In this document: in pieces, positions 24,313-40,085 of the stretch
Layout: each line of letters begins with the position of its first letter
How positions within the stretch are numbered: position 1 is the stretch's first letter
NCBI GenBank assembly: GCA_965216325.1
Contig: OZ244160.1
Location: forward strand, 704,001-768,000
Source: Coraliomargarita sp.
GTDB taxonomy: Bacteria; Verrucomicrobiota; Verrucomicrobiia; Opitutales; Coraliomargaritaceae
Length of the DNA: 64,000 bases
Direction: 5' to 3'
Position numbers and translations under genes: made by a program
The notes under the pieces: model-generated
Told to the model about the DNA's origin: nothing
The model's database searches: none
What the model saw: the letters and a program-made list of their open reading frames with translations, nothing else

Positions 24313-25791
24313 ATGAGCGACGCTCTCCAAACCTCAAATCAGCCGGTTAGTCCGTATTCGTCGAAAGACGTGTCGGTGCGTGCCGAGTTGAGTGAGATCG
24401 ATGCCTCGATTCGCACGGCATCGATTTTCTTCACGATCTCGGCTATTTCCTGGTTGGTCATCGGCACAGTGTTTGCGCTGTTAGCCGCCGTCAAAATGCA
24501 CAGTCCGGATTTCGCGGCTGGCAGTGAATTCACGACCTTCGGCCGTATGCGTTCGGCTCACCTCAATGCGATGGCGTTGGGCTTTGGTAACAACGCGATT
24601 TTCGCGGTTGGTCTGTGGATTATGGCGCGCCTTTGCCGCACGCCGATTCGCCACGGTGGCATGCTTTTAATCGCGGGTTGCTTCTGGAACATCGGTCTGA
24701 CGATCGGTCTGTTTGGTATGATCCGTGGTGATATCACTTCGGTCGAGTGGTTGGAGATTCCTGCTTACGCGACTCCACTACTTGCAGTTTCTTATATCCT
24801 GATTGGTGTCTGGGGCATCATGGCCTTCAAGAATCGCCGCTGTGAACACGTCTATGTGTCGCAATGGTATATCCTTGGTGCGCTTTTCTGGTTCCCATGG
24901 CTATACGTCATCGCACAGATCATGATCATCTGGTTCCCGGCACAAGGTGTTGTCCAGTCGGTGACGAACTGGTGGTTCGCGCACAATGTGTTGGGTCTCT
25001 GGCTGACTCCGATGGCGCTGGGTGCGACTTACTACTTGATTCCGAAGGTGCTCGGTCGCCCGATTTATTCTTACTACTTGTCCGTGCTTGGGTTCTGGTC
25101 GCTTGCACTGTTCTACAACTGGGCAGGTATGCACCACTTGATTGGTGGTCCGGTTCCAGTATGGCTGACTTCCGCCGGTATCGTTGCTTCCGTGATGATG
25201 GTCATTCCGGTGATCGTTGCGGGTATCAACCACCACATGTCGATCGTTGGTTTCCATAAAGAAGGCTGGCGTAGTCCGACCATCCGCTTCGTGGTCTTCG
25301 GTGCGATCAACTACACCTTTGCCAGTGGCATCGGCTCTGCGATGGCACTCCGTGATGTGAATGTGGTCACTCACTTCACACACTTTACAGTCGGTCACGC
25401 GCACCACGGTGCGTATGCATTCTTCGCGATGATTATGTTCGGCGGTATCTACTACATGATGCCACGTATGCTGAACCGCGAATGGCCATCCTCGACATTG
25501 ATCTCCATCCACTGGTGGGGTTCCGCTGTGGGTATCCTCCTGATGGTCTGTGCATTGCAGATCGGTGGTTGGATCCAAGGTTTGGAAATGAACAACCCGG
25601 CAATCAACTTCTTGGATGTGGTTCAAAACACCATGCCATGGCTGAAGGCACGTTCCGTTTCCGGTGTGCTGCTGCTAATTGCTCACGTCGCATTTGCGAT
25701 TAACTTCTTCTGGATGCTATTTGCAGCCGGTAGCGTGAAGGCCAAGCAAGGTCCGACGCTGCTCAACGTTAAAGGAGAGGAGGCCGCGTAA
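24313..25791 (+). CDS. ccoN: C-family (cbb3-like) heme-copper oxidase subunit I
   Basis: [25 protein letters not shown] (Tyr plus CuB His pair), TVGHAHHG; about 12 TM helices. Confidence 0.92.
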   Translation: MSDALQTSNQPVSPYSSKDVSVRAELSEIDASIRTASIFFTISAISWLVIGTVFALLAAVKMHSPDFAAGSEFTTFGRMRSAHLNAMALGFGNNAIFAVGLWIMARLCRTPIRHGGMLLIAGCFWNIGLTIGLFGMIRGDITSVEWLEIPAYATPLLAVSYILIGVWGIMAFKNRRCEHVYVSQWYILGALFWFPWLYVIAQIMIIWFPAQGVVQSVTNWWFAHNVLGLWLTPMALGATYYLIPKVLGRPIYSYYLSVLGFWSLALFYNWAGMHHLIGGPVPVWLTSAGIVASVMMVIPVIVAGINHHMSIVGFHKEGWRSPTIRFVVFGAINYTFASGIGSAMALRDVNVVTHFTHFTVGHAHHGAYAFFAMIMFGGIYYMMPRMLNREWPSSTLISIHWWGSAVGILLMVCALQIGGWIQGLEMNNPAINFLDVVQNTMPWLKARSVSGVLLLIAHVAFAINFFWMLFAAGSVKAKQGPTLLNVKGEEAA

Positions 25792-26441
25792 TGCATAACA
25801 TGGCACTACTTTTCTGCGGGATTTTCTTTACGCTCGCATTTTCATTCACTGGCCTGATCCTTTCCAGTAACAATCAGTTTGGTGCGCTTAAGCAAACCAC
25901 TGAGACACTCGAAGATGACGGCAGCCTTGTTGAGGGTGAACCACTCTTCCCACGTGCGGAAGGCGGTCTCGCACTTCAAGGTAAGCAGGTCTACATCGAA
26001 ATGGGCTGTATCTACTGCCACAGTCAGCAGATCCGTCGCCAAGGTTTCGGTGCGGACTACGACCGCTCATGGGGCCCACGTGCAACGGTTGCTCGTGACT
26101 ACATCATGCAGGAGCGCGTCTTGCTCGGAACCATGCGCACCGGTCCGGACCTCGCCAATGTTGGTGGTCGGGCATTAACTGCTGACTGGCATCACCAGCA
26201 CTTGTATGATCCGCAAATCACTTCGAAGGGCTCGAACATGCCTCCGTTCCCGTTCCTTTACGAAGTTCGCGAGATCGACGGCGAGCCATCTCCTAATGCA
26301 ATTGATGTGCCTGAGGATTCCTCACACTACCCGGGCGCTGGTTATGAAGTAGTCCCAACGCAGCGTGCGGAAGCACTGGTTGCGTATCTACTCAGCCTGA
26401 AGATTGATTACAGCCTGCCTGAAGCACCGATTCTAGACTAA
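25791..26441 (+). CDS. ccoO: cbb3-type oxidase subunit II
   Basis: [24 protein letters not shown] and SNMP motifs. Confidence 0.92.
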   Translation: MHNMALLFCGIFFTLAFSFTGLILSSNNQFGALKQTTETLEDDGSLVEGEPLFPRAEGGLALQGKQVYIEMGCIYCHSQQIRRQGFGADYDRSWGPRATVARDYIMQERVLLGTMRTGPDLANVGGRALTADWHHQHLYDPQITSKGSNMPPFPFLYEVREIDGEPSPNAIDVPEDSSHYPGAGYEVVPTQRAEALVAYLLSLKIDYSLPEAPILD

Positions 26442-27109
26442 TGAGCGACGAGAATACAAACGACAGCAAGGCCTCACTCGAGAAGGCCGCGATGCAGGAT
26501 GCGGATGTGCAAAGCCTCCACGCTCAGCTCATGCGCGAAAAGGACGAACCGGAAGAAGGTTTCTCTCCGGTGCCGATCGCTCTGATTTTCCTCTTCTGTG
26601 CACTTTGCTTCTGGGGCGGTGTTTATCTGATTCAAAACGGCGGCCAGTTCCGCTGGGACGTCTATGATCCTGACTTTAAGGGCGGGGAGATCAAGAAGCC
26701 TGAGCCGAAGCCATTGGGTGAAGTGGGCGCAAAGGTCTTCCGTGGCCAATGTGCTCAGTGTCACCAAGCCAACGGTGCAGGTGTTCCCGGTTCCTTCCCT
26801 CCACTCGTTGGTTCCAAGTGGGTCACTGGTAGCGAAGAGCGTCTTGCACGAATCTTGATCAACGGCCTGAACGGTCCAATCGAAGTGAAGGGTGAAACCT
26901 ATAACGGTAATATGCCTGCCTTTGGTCCGAACGGTTTGAACCTGAAGCCACGTCAAATCGCAGGTGTGCTGACTTACATCCGCGCAGAGTGGGGCAATGC
27001 CGCACCGGAAGTGACTGAAGAAGCACTTAAGGGCTACTTGGATAGCTACGGCGACCGCAGCACTCCATGGACTGCCGAGGAACTACTCGCAGATCATCCG
27101 ATGGAGTAA
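26441..27109 (+). CDS. Membrane-anchored monoheme cytochrome c (occupies the CcoP position)
   Basis: One TM helix, a single CAQCH, FPPLVGS, YNGNMP and TYIR..WGN. Confidence 0.88.
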   Translation: MSDENTNDSKASLEKAAMQDADVQSLHAQLMREKDEPEEGFSPVPIALIFLFCALCFWGGVYLIQNGGQFRWDVYDPDFKGGEIKKPEPKPLGEVGAKVFRGQCAQCHQANGAGVPGSFPPLVGSKWVTGSEERLARILINGLNGPIEVKGETYNGNMPAFGPNGLNLKPRQIAGVLTYIRAEWGNAAPEVTEEALKGYLDSYGDRSTPWTAEELLADHPME

Positions 27110-27134
27110 GTCACCAGACGATAGCAACTTTATC

Positions 27135-27165
27135 AAACGCCGCTCAACTTGAGCGGCGTTTTTTT
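27135..27165 (+). terminator. Intrinsic terminator of the ACIII-oxidase operon
   Basis: AAACGCCGCTCAA-c-TTGAGCGGCGTTT followed by a T-run. Confidence 0.88.
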
Positions 27166-27176
27166 GTATTCAGATA

Positions 27177-27360
27177 GGTAGCGCAGGCGCGTCTCGCGCC
27201 GCATGGTTTGGTAGGGCAGTCTCGCCGAGGCTGCCGTTCGCTAAGCTAGCCTTGAACTTCAATACGTTCAGGATGGTAGGTCGGCGCTGTCTCACAATCG
27301 ACCTTATACGGGCATGCAGTATCGTTTGTCGAACAGTCGTCTCGGCGAGACGACCCTACC
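27177..27360. repeat. Cluster of GTAG-foot REP-like elements including an inverted doublet
   Basis: GGTAGGGCAGTCTCGCCGAGGCTGCCGTTCG (27210-27240) has an inverted partner at 27330-27360. Further GGTAG-led hairpins start at 27177 and 27275. Confidence 0.75.
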
Positions 27361-27379
27361 TAACTTTCGTGGTGCCCGG

Positions 27380-28651
27380 CTACGATCTGCTCTCCGGTAT
27401 CGTCGAAGACGAGCCGTCCCGATTCGCTTGATACGCTGGGGAGGTGATCTCGACCTGATGTCCATGGAATTGATCGAGAATGTTGGCGTGCAGATTGGAG
27501 TAGATCTTGGGCAGCATCTCTGTGTTCTGCGTCCAACCATTGATCTCGTAGCTGACATAGTTGTCGTCGAGCGAGGTCTGCAGCACATAGGGCTCGGGAT
27601 CCGATTCAATATGCTCAGTTTTGCGAGCTGCGGCGATTAAGAGCTCATGCACTTGCTGCCAAGGCACATCATAGCCAATAGTGATGCTGGTGTGCACAAA
27701 CAGTCCACGTCGTCCGCGATTCTGGCTGTAGTTGACGATATTGGTATTGAGCACTTTGGAGTTCGGGACGGATACAATCACACTCTTGAGTGTCTGAATT
27801 CGCGTAACGAAGGTGCTGCGTTCAACGACACGCCCTCGAATGTCATCGATGGATACCTGGTCGCCGATCTTCAGGGCACGGGTGTAGGTGAGAACGGTGC
27901 CAGCGACGACATTGGCGACCGCTGTGGTTGATCCGAGCGAGACCAAGAGGCCGATAAATATCGAAATTCCTCTGAATGCCGGTGAACTCGACCCTGGCAG
28001 ATAGGGGAAGATGATCACTGCCGTCATGGTATAAATCAAGAGACGTGTGATGCCGTAGCTCGGGTCTGCCCATTCCGGATAGAAGTTGGGGATATGGATC
28101 CGGCGCCGCTTGATTCCGTCGAAGACCAAACTGATCGTATGCACGAGAAAGCGTGCCAGCGCACAGATCACGATGATGGTGATTAGATTCGGTAGGTATT
28201 CGATTGCCGAGCTCCATGCGAATTTCAGCGGAGCCAGCAGCAGGCCGATCATTTGCGCCGCAAGCGTCAGCGTCCACTGAGAGAGCATCAGAAAGCCAGT
28301 GATTGTGGTGAAGCATAGGAACAGCATCAGCGCCCGTCCAACCCAGACCAGAACAATGATGCGGAAACGCTTCATGTCTTTCGAGGATACCAAGTCCTGG
28401 CGTTGCAGTCGTAATGGTTTAAAGCATCTGTGATGGGCATGCATCATGCGCTTAAAGCGTTTTCGCACCGTCAGCTTGGTGATCAGTAAGCAAAGTAAGG
28501 AGAGTCCGATAATCACCCCTGCGATGACTAATCGGAGAAGGGGCGAGACTTCATCTAGGTGATTAAAGTATTCAACAAATTGAATGACTTTCTCGGCTTC
28601 TTGTTCAACCGCTTGGGTTGTTTGTTCCAAGGTCGCATCGTTCGCAGGCAT
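27380..28651 (-). CDS. MscS-family mechanosensitive channel
   Basis: ANVVAG...LKIGDQV, VSVPNS, ITIGYDVPW, HANILDQF and ITSP motifs. Confidence 0.9.
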   Translation of the reverse strand: MPANDATLEQTTQAVEQEAEKVIQFVEYFNHLDEVSPLLRLVIAGVIIGLSLLCLLITKLTVRKRFKRMMHAHHRCFKPLRLQRQDLVSSKDMKRFRIIVLVWVGRALMLFLCFTTITGFLMLSQWTLTLAAQMIGLLLAPLKFAWSSAIEYLPNLITIIVICALARFLVHTISLVFDGIKRRRIHIPNFYPEWADPSYGITRLLIYTMTAVIIFPYLPGSSSPAFRGISIFIGLLVSLGSTTAVANVVAGTVLTYTRALKIGDQVSIDDIRGRVVERSTFVTRIQTLKSVIVSVPNSKVLNTNIVNYSQNRGRRGLFVHTSITIGYDVPWQQVHELLIAAARKTEHIESDPEPYVLQTSLDDNYVSYEINGWTQNTEMLPKIYSNLHANILDQFHGHQVEITSPAYQANRDGSSSTIPESRS

Positions 28652-28805
28652 ACTTAAACCTGCTCAGTTTTAAGCTTAAATCAAATGACGGTCACCATCA
28701 CTGAAGCGTCAGTTATCGGCGAATGGCACTACCTGATGAACATTGCAGTTCGCGATCAGATGGGTTGGGCAGTCTTAAAGTACGCATATGCTTCTTATGG
28801 TCTTC

Positions 28806-29708
28806 TTAGCTCCCAAGCTGAATCAGGCAGATGCCGGCTAGTATGCCTAAGATGCAGAGTCCTTTGAGACGAAAGTTTTTCTCCTTGTAGAGTGTGATAC
28901 CGCCAAGGAAGCTCACGATGACTGCGCCACGTCGAATGGGCGAAATTACTGAGATCAGTGCGTCTTCTTGAGCGATCGCGGTGAAGTAGAGGTAGTCGGC
29001 AATCAGGAGCAGAATACCAATCATGGGTATTGTCCATCGCCACTGAAACGTTCCCCGCGGCCAAGTGCCGCGCAGCCACAGCAGGTAGAAGGGGAGCATG
29101 ACCGCGACGAGATAGATCGAGAACCAAGCTTGCACGGTAGATGGGCTTAGGTCCGCGCGTTGTAGCAGGTATTTATCATAAAGAGCGCTGCAGCTACCTA
29201 GTAGCGTTGCGGCAATAATGAAGCCAACCCACTTATCGCGGTGAAAGCGAATGCCCTCGAGTTTGCCTACCAGCGAAAATGCATAGAAGGCGGCGAGCAC
29301 CACTGCGATGCCGATCCATTGCCAACGTTCCGGTCGCTCCGCCATGAGGAAAACGGCGAGTAGGATCGTCCACAGCGGCGAGGTTGCCCGAATGGGCCCC
29401 GCGACCGATAGCGGCAGGTGTTTAATGGCAAAGTAACCGAAGATCCATGAAGTGCCGACCAGTGCGGATTTCGCAAAAAGCTGCAGATGATTCGTCAGAC
29501 CGAGGGAGTCGACCTCGAGCTGTGCGAGCGGCAAGCTGTCGGGTGCGAGCGCAGACCAGATCACAAACGGCAGCCAGATCAATGCCGATGCCAGCACGCT
29601 GAAGAACAGCACCAGTGCGACAGCGTTGTCCTTCACTGAATGTTTCTTGGCTAGATCATAGAATCCAAGAAACAAGGCTGAACAGATACTCAGAGCGATC
29701 CATGACAT
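28806..29708 (-). CDS. EamA/DMT family transporter
   Basis: About 10 TM helices in two repeats; YFAIKHLPLS...P and YDKYL motifs. Start set at MSWIAL. Confidence 0.85.
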   Translation of the reverse strand: MSWIALSICSALFLGFYDLAKKHSVKDNAVALVLFFSVLASALIWLPFVIWSALAPDSLPLAQLEVDSLGLTNHLQLFAKSALVGTSWIFGYFAIKHLPLSVAGPIRATSPLWTILLAVFLMAERPERWQWIGIAVVLAAFYAFSLVGKLEGIRFHRDKWVGFIIAATLLGSCSALYDKYLLQRADLSPSTVQAWFSIYLVAVMLPFYLLWLRGTWPRGTFQWRWTIPMIGILLLIADYLYFTAIAQEDALISVISPIRRGAVIVSFLGGITLYKEKNFRLKGLCILGILAGICLIQLGS

Positions 29709-29826
29709 GTGGGCATTGATGTCTTGAGCTCGCATGTTCTGTCGAGGAATAAACCATTCGGCTTGTGGGCGCGCAGCACTTTTCTGAATGGAATGAGCAT
29801 AAGGGCTTATTGGTTAGGGCAGCCTT

Positions 29827-29864
29827 GCAGTTCGACAGGCTCACTGCCCTGAGTTTATCGAAGG
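29827..29864. repeat. Short palindromic element of TTCGACAGGCTCA...CTGAG...TCGAAGG type
   Basis: GCAGT-TCGACAGGCTC-ACTGC-CCTGAG-TTTA-TCGAAGGG, with two overlapping self-complementary registers. Confidence 0.55.
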
Positions 29865-30012
29865 GCCGAGGCTACCGTTCGCCCAAGCAAGGTCGTAAAC
29901 CGAGACATTGCGTTTTGGCGACAGGTTGATGCGGTGCCAGAGGCACCTGCGCTACCTGAAAGTGAGCTCTTCAGACTCGCAACTTTGGCCTTGGCGGACT
30001 TGTGTGCCTTAA

Positions 30013-30744
30013 ATGCTACCCGAATCCTACAGTCTGATCCTCTGCTTCTTCGTAGTGGCCTTGCTCTATGCCTCGGTCGGGCATGGCGGAGCATCGGGCT
30101 ATTTGGCAGTGATGTCACTGTTTGCAGTGGAAGCTGCGGTGCTGCGTCCGACGGCACTGACGCTGAATGTTGTGGTGTCTACTTTGGGCACACTAGCCTT
30201 TATTCGAGCAGGCTATTTTCGGAGCCGCTTATTCTGGCCCTTGGCCCTCTGTGCGATTCCTTGTGCCTATCTTGGTGGTAGTGTGGAGCTGAACGAGTTT
30301 TATTTCCGCAAGCTGTTGGGCGTGGTGCTGGTCATCGCCTTTCTGCGTTTGGTGTTGCCGAATAAGCGCTCGCAGGAAACGCATCAGCCGCCTCTATGGC
30401 AACTCGTGGGCGCGGGCTGTTGTATGGGCTTCGCCTCTGGGTTAATCGGAGTCGGCGGCGGTATCTTTCTCACGCCGCTTGCAATCTTCTTGCGCTGGGC
30501 CAGCCCGAAAGAAGCGGCTGCGATTTCAGCGCCGTTTATCTGGGTGAATTCGATTGCTGGTTTGGCGGGCTTACAGCCCAGTCTGAATGATCTGCATCCA
30601 GATATTGGGTGGTTGATTGTCGCGGTCGTTGTCGCTGGCCTGATCGGTGTGTATTGGGGCAGTGTCCGCGCGCGTGGTCAGCAAATTCGCAAAGTCTTGG
30701 CTGTGGTGCTGGCGTTGGCGGCAGTGAAGCTACTGTTGACCTAA
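30013..30744 (+). CDS. TauE/SafE (TSUP) family transporter
   Basis: YASVGHGGASGY and SGLIGVGGGIF motifs. Confidence 0.9.
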   Translation: MLPESYSLILCFFVVALLYASVGHGGASGYLAVMSLFAVEAAVLRPTALTLNVVVSTLGTLAFIRAGYFRSRLFWPLALCAIPCAYLGGSVELNEFYFRKLLGVVLVIAFLRLVLPNKRSQETHQPPLWQLVGAGCCMGFASGLIGVGGGIFLTPLAIFLRWASPKEAAAISAPFIWVNSIAGLAGLQPSLNDLHPDIGWLIVAVVVAGLIGVYWGSVRARGQQIRKVLAVVLALAAVKLLLT

Positions 30745-30927
30745 TTCGGTTCGTCTATGCTCACAGTTCAGTAGGATCTCGCGCTTTGCTTCGTCAGGCT
30801 TGCGTCCCCAGCCAGCAATCTCGTCGATATGACGATAGCAGCCTGTGCATATTTTATCTGCATTGAGCACACAGTCGTCCGTGCATGGACTGGCGACAGG
30901 ATCTGCTGGTTGTGAGTTGTTGGACAT
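30730..30927 (-). CDS. DUF1289 small Cys-rich protein
   Basis: SPCTDDCVL....CTGCYR..DEIAGW. Start 30927 or 30933. Confidence 0.85.
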   Translation of the reverse strand: MSNNSQPADPVASPCTDDCVLNADKICTGCYRHIDEIAGWGRKPDEAKREILLNCEHRRTELGQQ

Positions 30928-30997
30928 CGTCATATATGAGGCGAGAAAGCCTACAGAGGGCAATGCTTGGCTGTCTTGGATTCTTTGTCAGGCTTGA

Positions 30998-31726
30998 TTA
31001 CAGAGCAACTAAAACTGCAGCTTTCAGTGCTGCGACGCGTTGATCCAGTTTGACGGCCGACGGCGTTTCCAGTGTATAGTTGAGTCCGCCGAATGCTTGC
31101 TTGAAGTAGATTGCCTCGGGATGCCCTTCTTCGATTTCGGGCAGGCTGTCTGGCCGGATCAAGCCCGGTGCGTTTGAGGGGCTACCATCGATTTCAGAAG
31201 CTGTCTCGATCGGGATATACTTTTCAACGGCATCCAGAAGCAGTGCAGCCAGTCCTTCCTTGGGGCCGAAGTTGAGCTCATACAGATAAAAACCCTTCGA
31301 TTCCCAATCCTCGTGCAGGTGCAGGCCGATATTCAGAGACTTTATCTGCTGCTTAGCCCAGGCCGTATGGCTGCGAATCTCCTCAGAGTCGAAATCACGG
31401 TAGTCGCGGTTGAGGTCGAGGCCATCGGTATTCTCGCGTTTGCCAGCGTCAAGACCACTTGGATTCAGCACCGGGCAAATCCAATAATTGTGCTCCTTGG
31501 GCAAGGCATCCTCTTTGAACAATTCCAGTAAGGCGAGTGGCCCCGCGGGCTCATCACCGTGGATTCCGGCCGAGATATAAATGTTTTGCCCGCTGTTATT
31601 CTGCGCGCGACGTGTCATGCCCAGCAGTGGCCAATCTCCGATTTGACCAAAAGTCTCGACTTCAAAGCCGACGCCCTTCGCGGAGAGCGCCAGCTGACTG
31701 ATAAGCTCTGAGGTGGATAAGTTCAT
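30998..31726 (-). CDS. M14-family zinc carboxypeptidase/deacylase
   Basis: AGIHGDEPAG, NPSG, DLNR, LHED and TLETP motifs. Confidence 0.88.
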   Translation of the reverse strand: MNLSTSELISQLALSAKGVGFEVETFGQIGDWPLLGMTRRAQNNSGQNIYISAGIHGDEPAGPLALLELFKEDALPKEHNYWICPVLNPSGLDAGKRENTDGLDLNRDYRDFDSEEIRSHTAWAKQQIKSLNIGLHLHEDWESKGFYLYELNFGPKEGLAALLLDAVEKYIPIETASEIDGSPSNAPGLIRPDSLPEIEEGHPEAIYFKQAFGGLNYTLETPSAVKLDQRVAALKAAVLVAL

Positions 31727-31727
31727 C

Positions 31728-37391
<5,664 letters not shown>

Positions 37392-37558
37392 GGTTAAAGG
37401 GGGAGTCGTGGACGAAGTGAAAGTTTGAATGCACACGAATTTGGACGAATGTCCAATCAGAGGGATTATTTAGGGTGATATTTTGTGCAGTATATGAAGC
37501 AAGGTTCAAATTATTGAAACATTTAGGCGAGCGTGCGCGATGGAGAGGGTGCAAACCT

Positions 37559-37684
37559 ATGAATCAGTTCATTCCCGCACTCAGTTTCGGCTCTTTTGAC
37601 CTTTTGGGCGAAGCACTTTTCTTTGTGATTATCGTTGCTTGGCTCGCGATTATGCTACGACACCGAAGACGAGATGGATCTTAG
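37559..37684 (+). CDS. Possible small single-TM protein (41 aa)
   Basis: MNQFIPALSFGSFDLLGEALFFVIIVAWLAIMLRHRRRDGS: hydrophobic stretch followed by a basic tail. Purine-rich GGAGAGG lies upstream. Confidence 0.4.
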   Translation: MNQFIPALSFGSFDLLGEALFFVIIVAWLAIMLRHRRRDGS

Positions 37685-39987
37685 TTTTTTTGTTCGGCTG
37701 CGTTGCGCAGGCGTGCTTGCAGGTGAGTACGTCGGATTTCGGTTTTGTTGTTTTTGACTGCCATAGAGTAGGCATCAATCGAGCCGACGAGGTAAACCTT
37801 ACTGCGAGCACGTGTGATACCTGTGTAGACCAGATTGCGCTGCAGCATCATGAAGTGCTGTTTCAGCAATGGGATGACGACGACGGGATACTCGCTTCCT
37901 TGGGACTTGTGGATGCTGATTGCGTAGGCGAGTTGGATCTCGGAGAGCTCACCTTTAGTGAATTCGACTGCTTCACCTGAGAAATCAACAGTCAGTCCAG
38001 AGCTGTCGGCGGCGATACTCTGGATGATTCCCGTATCGCCGTTGAAGATGCCCTTGTCGTAATTGTTGCGCGTCTGGAGGACTTTATCGCCGATACGGTA
38101 GGTTGTAGTTCCGTAGGGGAGTTCAGCAGGTAGGGGCTTGCGTGTCTTTTCGCGAAAGTGAGATTGCCGGGCTGGAACGTAATCGGGATCGGAACGCAGC
38201 CGTGAGAGGGCTTTTTCCTTGCTGTTCAGGCTTTGCTGGAGAGCCGTGTTTAGGGCTGCAATGCCTCCGGTTCCACGGTGCATGGGGGAGAGGATCTGCA
38301 GATCCTTGATGGGATCGATCTGATGCGCCTTTGGAATGTATTCACGGGCCAAATACGTAATGGCCTTTGCGCATTGTTCGGCATCGTCAGCCTCGATAAA
38401 AGTGATGTCGTTACTCGAATCCAAGTCGCGCAGGCTGGTTACGGTTTTGCCGGGATGGGATTCGCCTTTGAGAATCGAATGCGCGGTGGTAATGATGCCA
38501 CTGGTCTCGCCTTGGCGAAAAATGGTATCGAGTCGTGTGACTTTGGCTGGGGGGGCGGCCATTAGATCACCTAGCACGTTGCCGGAACCGACCGATGGTA
38601 GTTGATCTGCGTCGCCGACGAGGAGTAGATGTGCCGAGCTCGGAATGGCATCAAAGAGATTCGCGGCAAGTCGCGTGTCGAGCATGCTGGCTTCGTCAAC
38701 GATTAGAAGGTCGCAGGGCAGGGGATTGTCCTCGTTGTAAACGAACTCGCGCGTTGCACCGTCGTATTTGAGCAGGCGATGGATGGTGCTGGCTGGTGCG
38801 CCGGCTGCCTCGGAGAGCCGTTGTGCGGCACGCCCTGTTGGCGAAGCTAGTAGGATGCGACTGCGCTTGGCGCGCACAATGTCGACGATTGCACGTAGGA
38901 TCGTGGTTTTACCGGTGCCCGGGCCGCCGGTAATGATCGCAATTTTGGCCTGCAGAGACTGCTTGAGTGCGGCGGCTTGTTGGTCCGCAAAAGTGAAGCC
39001 TGCCTTGTTCTGGGCCCATGCAACCGCGGCATCGACTTTGATTGGGGGAATCGTGGATGTCGTCTCGTGGATGCGGTGTAGTGCTGTCGCAATCCGTTTC
39101 TCGGCACCCGCCAGTGGGGGCCGTTGGCAGGCGGGCCCGATGACTTCCTGTTTTTCGTTGTATGCAGTTACTGAATACAGTTTTTCTCGTTCAATGAGGG
39201 CACGGATACGCTGCTGTATGAGGTGTGGTTCAACGCCTAGCAGTTTGATCGCGTATTCTTCGATCGCTTGCTGGGTGCCTAGCGTATGACCCTCATCTTC
39301 GAGGTTCTGCATCGTGTGCAGTATGCCGGCGTCGACGCGCTCCTTGCTGTTGGTTGGGAAGCCTAGATTGAGAGCGAGTTTATCGGCAGTTTTGAAGCCA
39401 ATACGTTCGATATCTTCGGCAAGACGGTAAGGCTCGTCCTGTAGGATGCGCTTAGCGCCGCTGCCGTATTTTTTGACCAAGCGCACACACTGAGATGGGG
39501 TGACGCCATAGGTTTGCAGAAACATCATGACGTCGCGCACGGCTGCTTGTTCGTCCCAAGCCGCCTTAATTGATTTAGCGCGGGTCTTGCCGATGCCCGG
39601 CACCTCATGCAGACGACCGGAGTCTTCGCTGATGACTTTCAGGGTGTCGGCTCCGAAATGGTCGACGATCTTCTTGGCGTATGATTTGCCGATGCCATGC
39701 ACCATCCCGCTGCCCAGATACTTACGAATGCCGTGAATGGAGGCGGGGAGTTGCGATTTGAAATTGGCGATTTTGAATTGGTCGCCGTGTGTTGCGTGCT
39801 TGGTCCATTGACCGCTCAATTTGAGGGTTTCGCCACATTGCACGCCCGGCAGATTGCCGAGCACGGTGATCGGTTGTTTGCCCTCAGCAACAGAGAGTTC
39901 AGCCACGCAGTAGGCATTCTCTTCGTTGAAGAAGATGATGCGTTCAAGAACGCCGGTGAGGCTTTGTTCGTGGGCTGAGTCAGACAT
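37681..39987 (-). CDS. recD2: RecD2 (RecD/TraA-like) SF1B helicase
   Basis: N-terminal OB and HhH regions, GGPGTGKTT, PTGRAA, VDEASM, VGDADQL, YAISIHKSQGSE, YTGITRAR. Confidence 0.95.
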   Translation of the reverse strand: MSDSAHEQSLTGVLERIIFFNEENAYCVAELSVAEGKQPITVLGNLPGVQCGETLKLSGQWTKHATHGDQFKIANFKSQLPASIHGIRKYLGSGMVHGIGKSYAKKIVDHFGADTLKVISEDSGRLHEVPGIGKTRAKSIKAAWDEQAAVRDVMMFLQTYGVTPSQCVRLVKKYGSGAKRILQDEPYRLAEDIERIGFKTADKLALNLGFPTNSKERVDAGILHTMQNLEDEGHTLGTQQAIEEYAIKLLGVEPHLIQQRIRALIEREKLYSVTAYNEKQEVIGPACQRPPLAGAEKRIATALHRIHETTSTIPPIKVDAAVAWAQNKAGFTFADQQAAALKQSLQAKIAIITGGPGTGKTTILRAIVDIVRAKRSRILLASPTGRAAQRLSEAAGAPASTIHRLLKYDGATREFVYNEDNPLPCDLLIVDEASMLDTRLAANLFDAIPSSAHLLLVGDADQLPSVGSGNVLGDLMAAPPAKVTRLDTIFRQGETSGIITTAHSILKGESHPGKTVTSLRDLDSSNDITFIEADDAEQCAKAITYLAREYIPKAHQIDPIKDLQILSPMHRGTGGIAALNTALQQSLNSKEKALSRLRSDPDYVPARQSHFREKTRKPLPAELPYGTTTYRIGDKVLQTRNNYDKGIFNGDTGIIQSIAADSSGLTVDFSGEAVEFTKGELSEIQLAYAISIHKSQGSEYPVVVIPLLKQHFMMLQRNLVYTGITRARSKVYLVGSIDAYSMAVKNNKTEIRRTHLQARLRNAAEQKN

Positions 39988-40049
39988 TTGGGAAACCAGA
40001 GCAATAGGTGCTCATACGGATAGGTCAACTCGCAGTGAGGTTCTGGCAC

Positions 40050-40076
40050 AAAAAAGCCCTCATTGCTGAGGGCTTT
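40050..40076 (-). terminator. Intrinsic terminator
   Basis: Minus strand AAAGCCCTCA-gcaa-TGAGGGCTTTTTT. Confidence 0.8.
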
Positions 40077-40085
40077 AGACAGGAA

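Noticed and set aside
40044..40060. TGGCAC as a sigma54 site
   Set aside because: No TTGC at the required spacing; it runs into a terminator.
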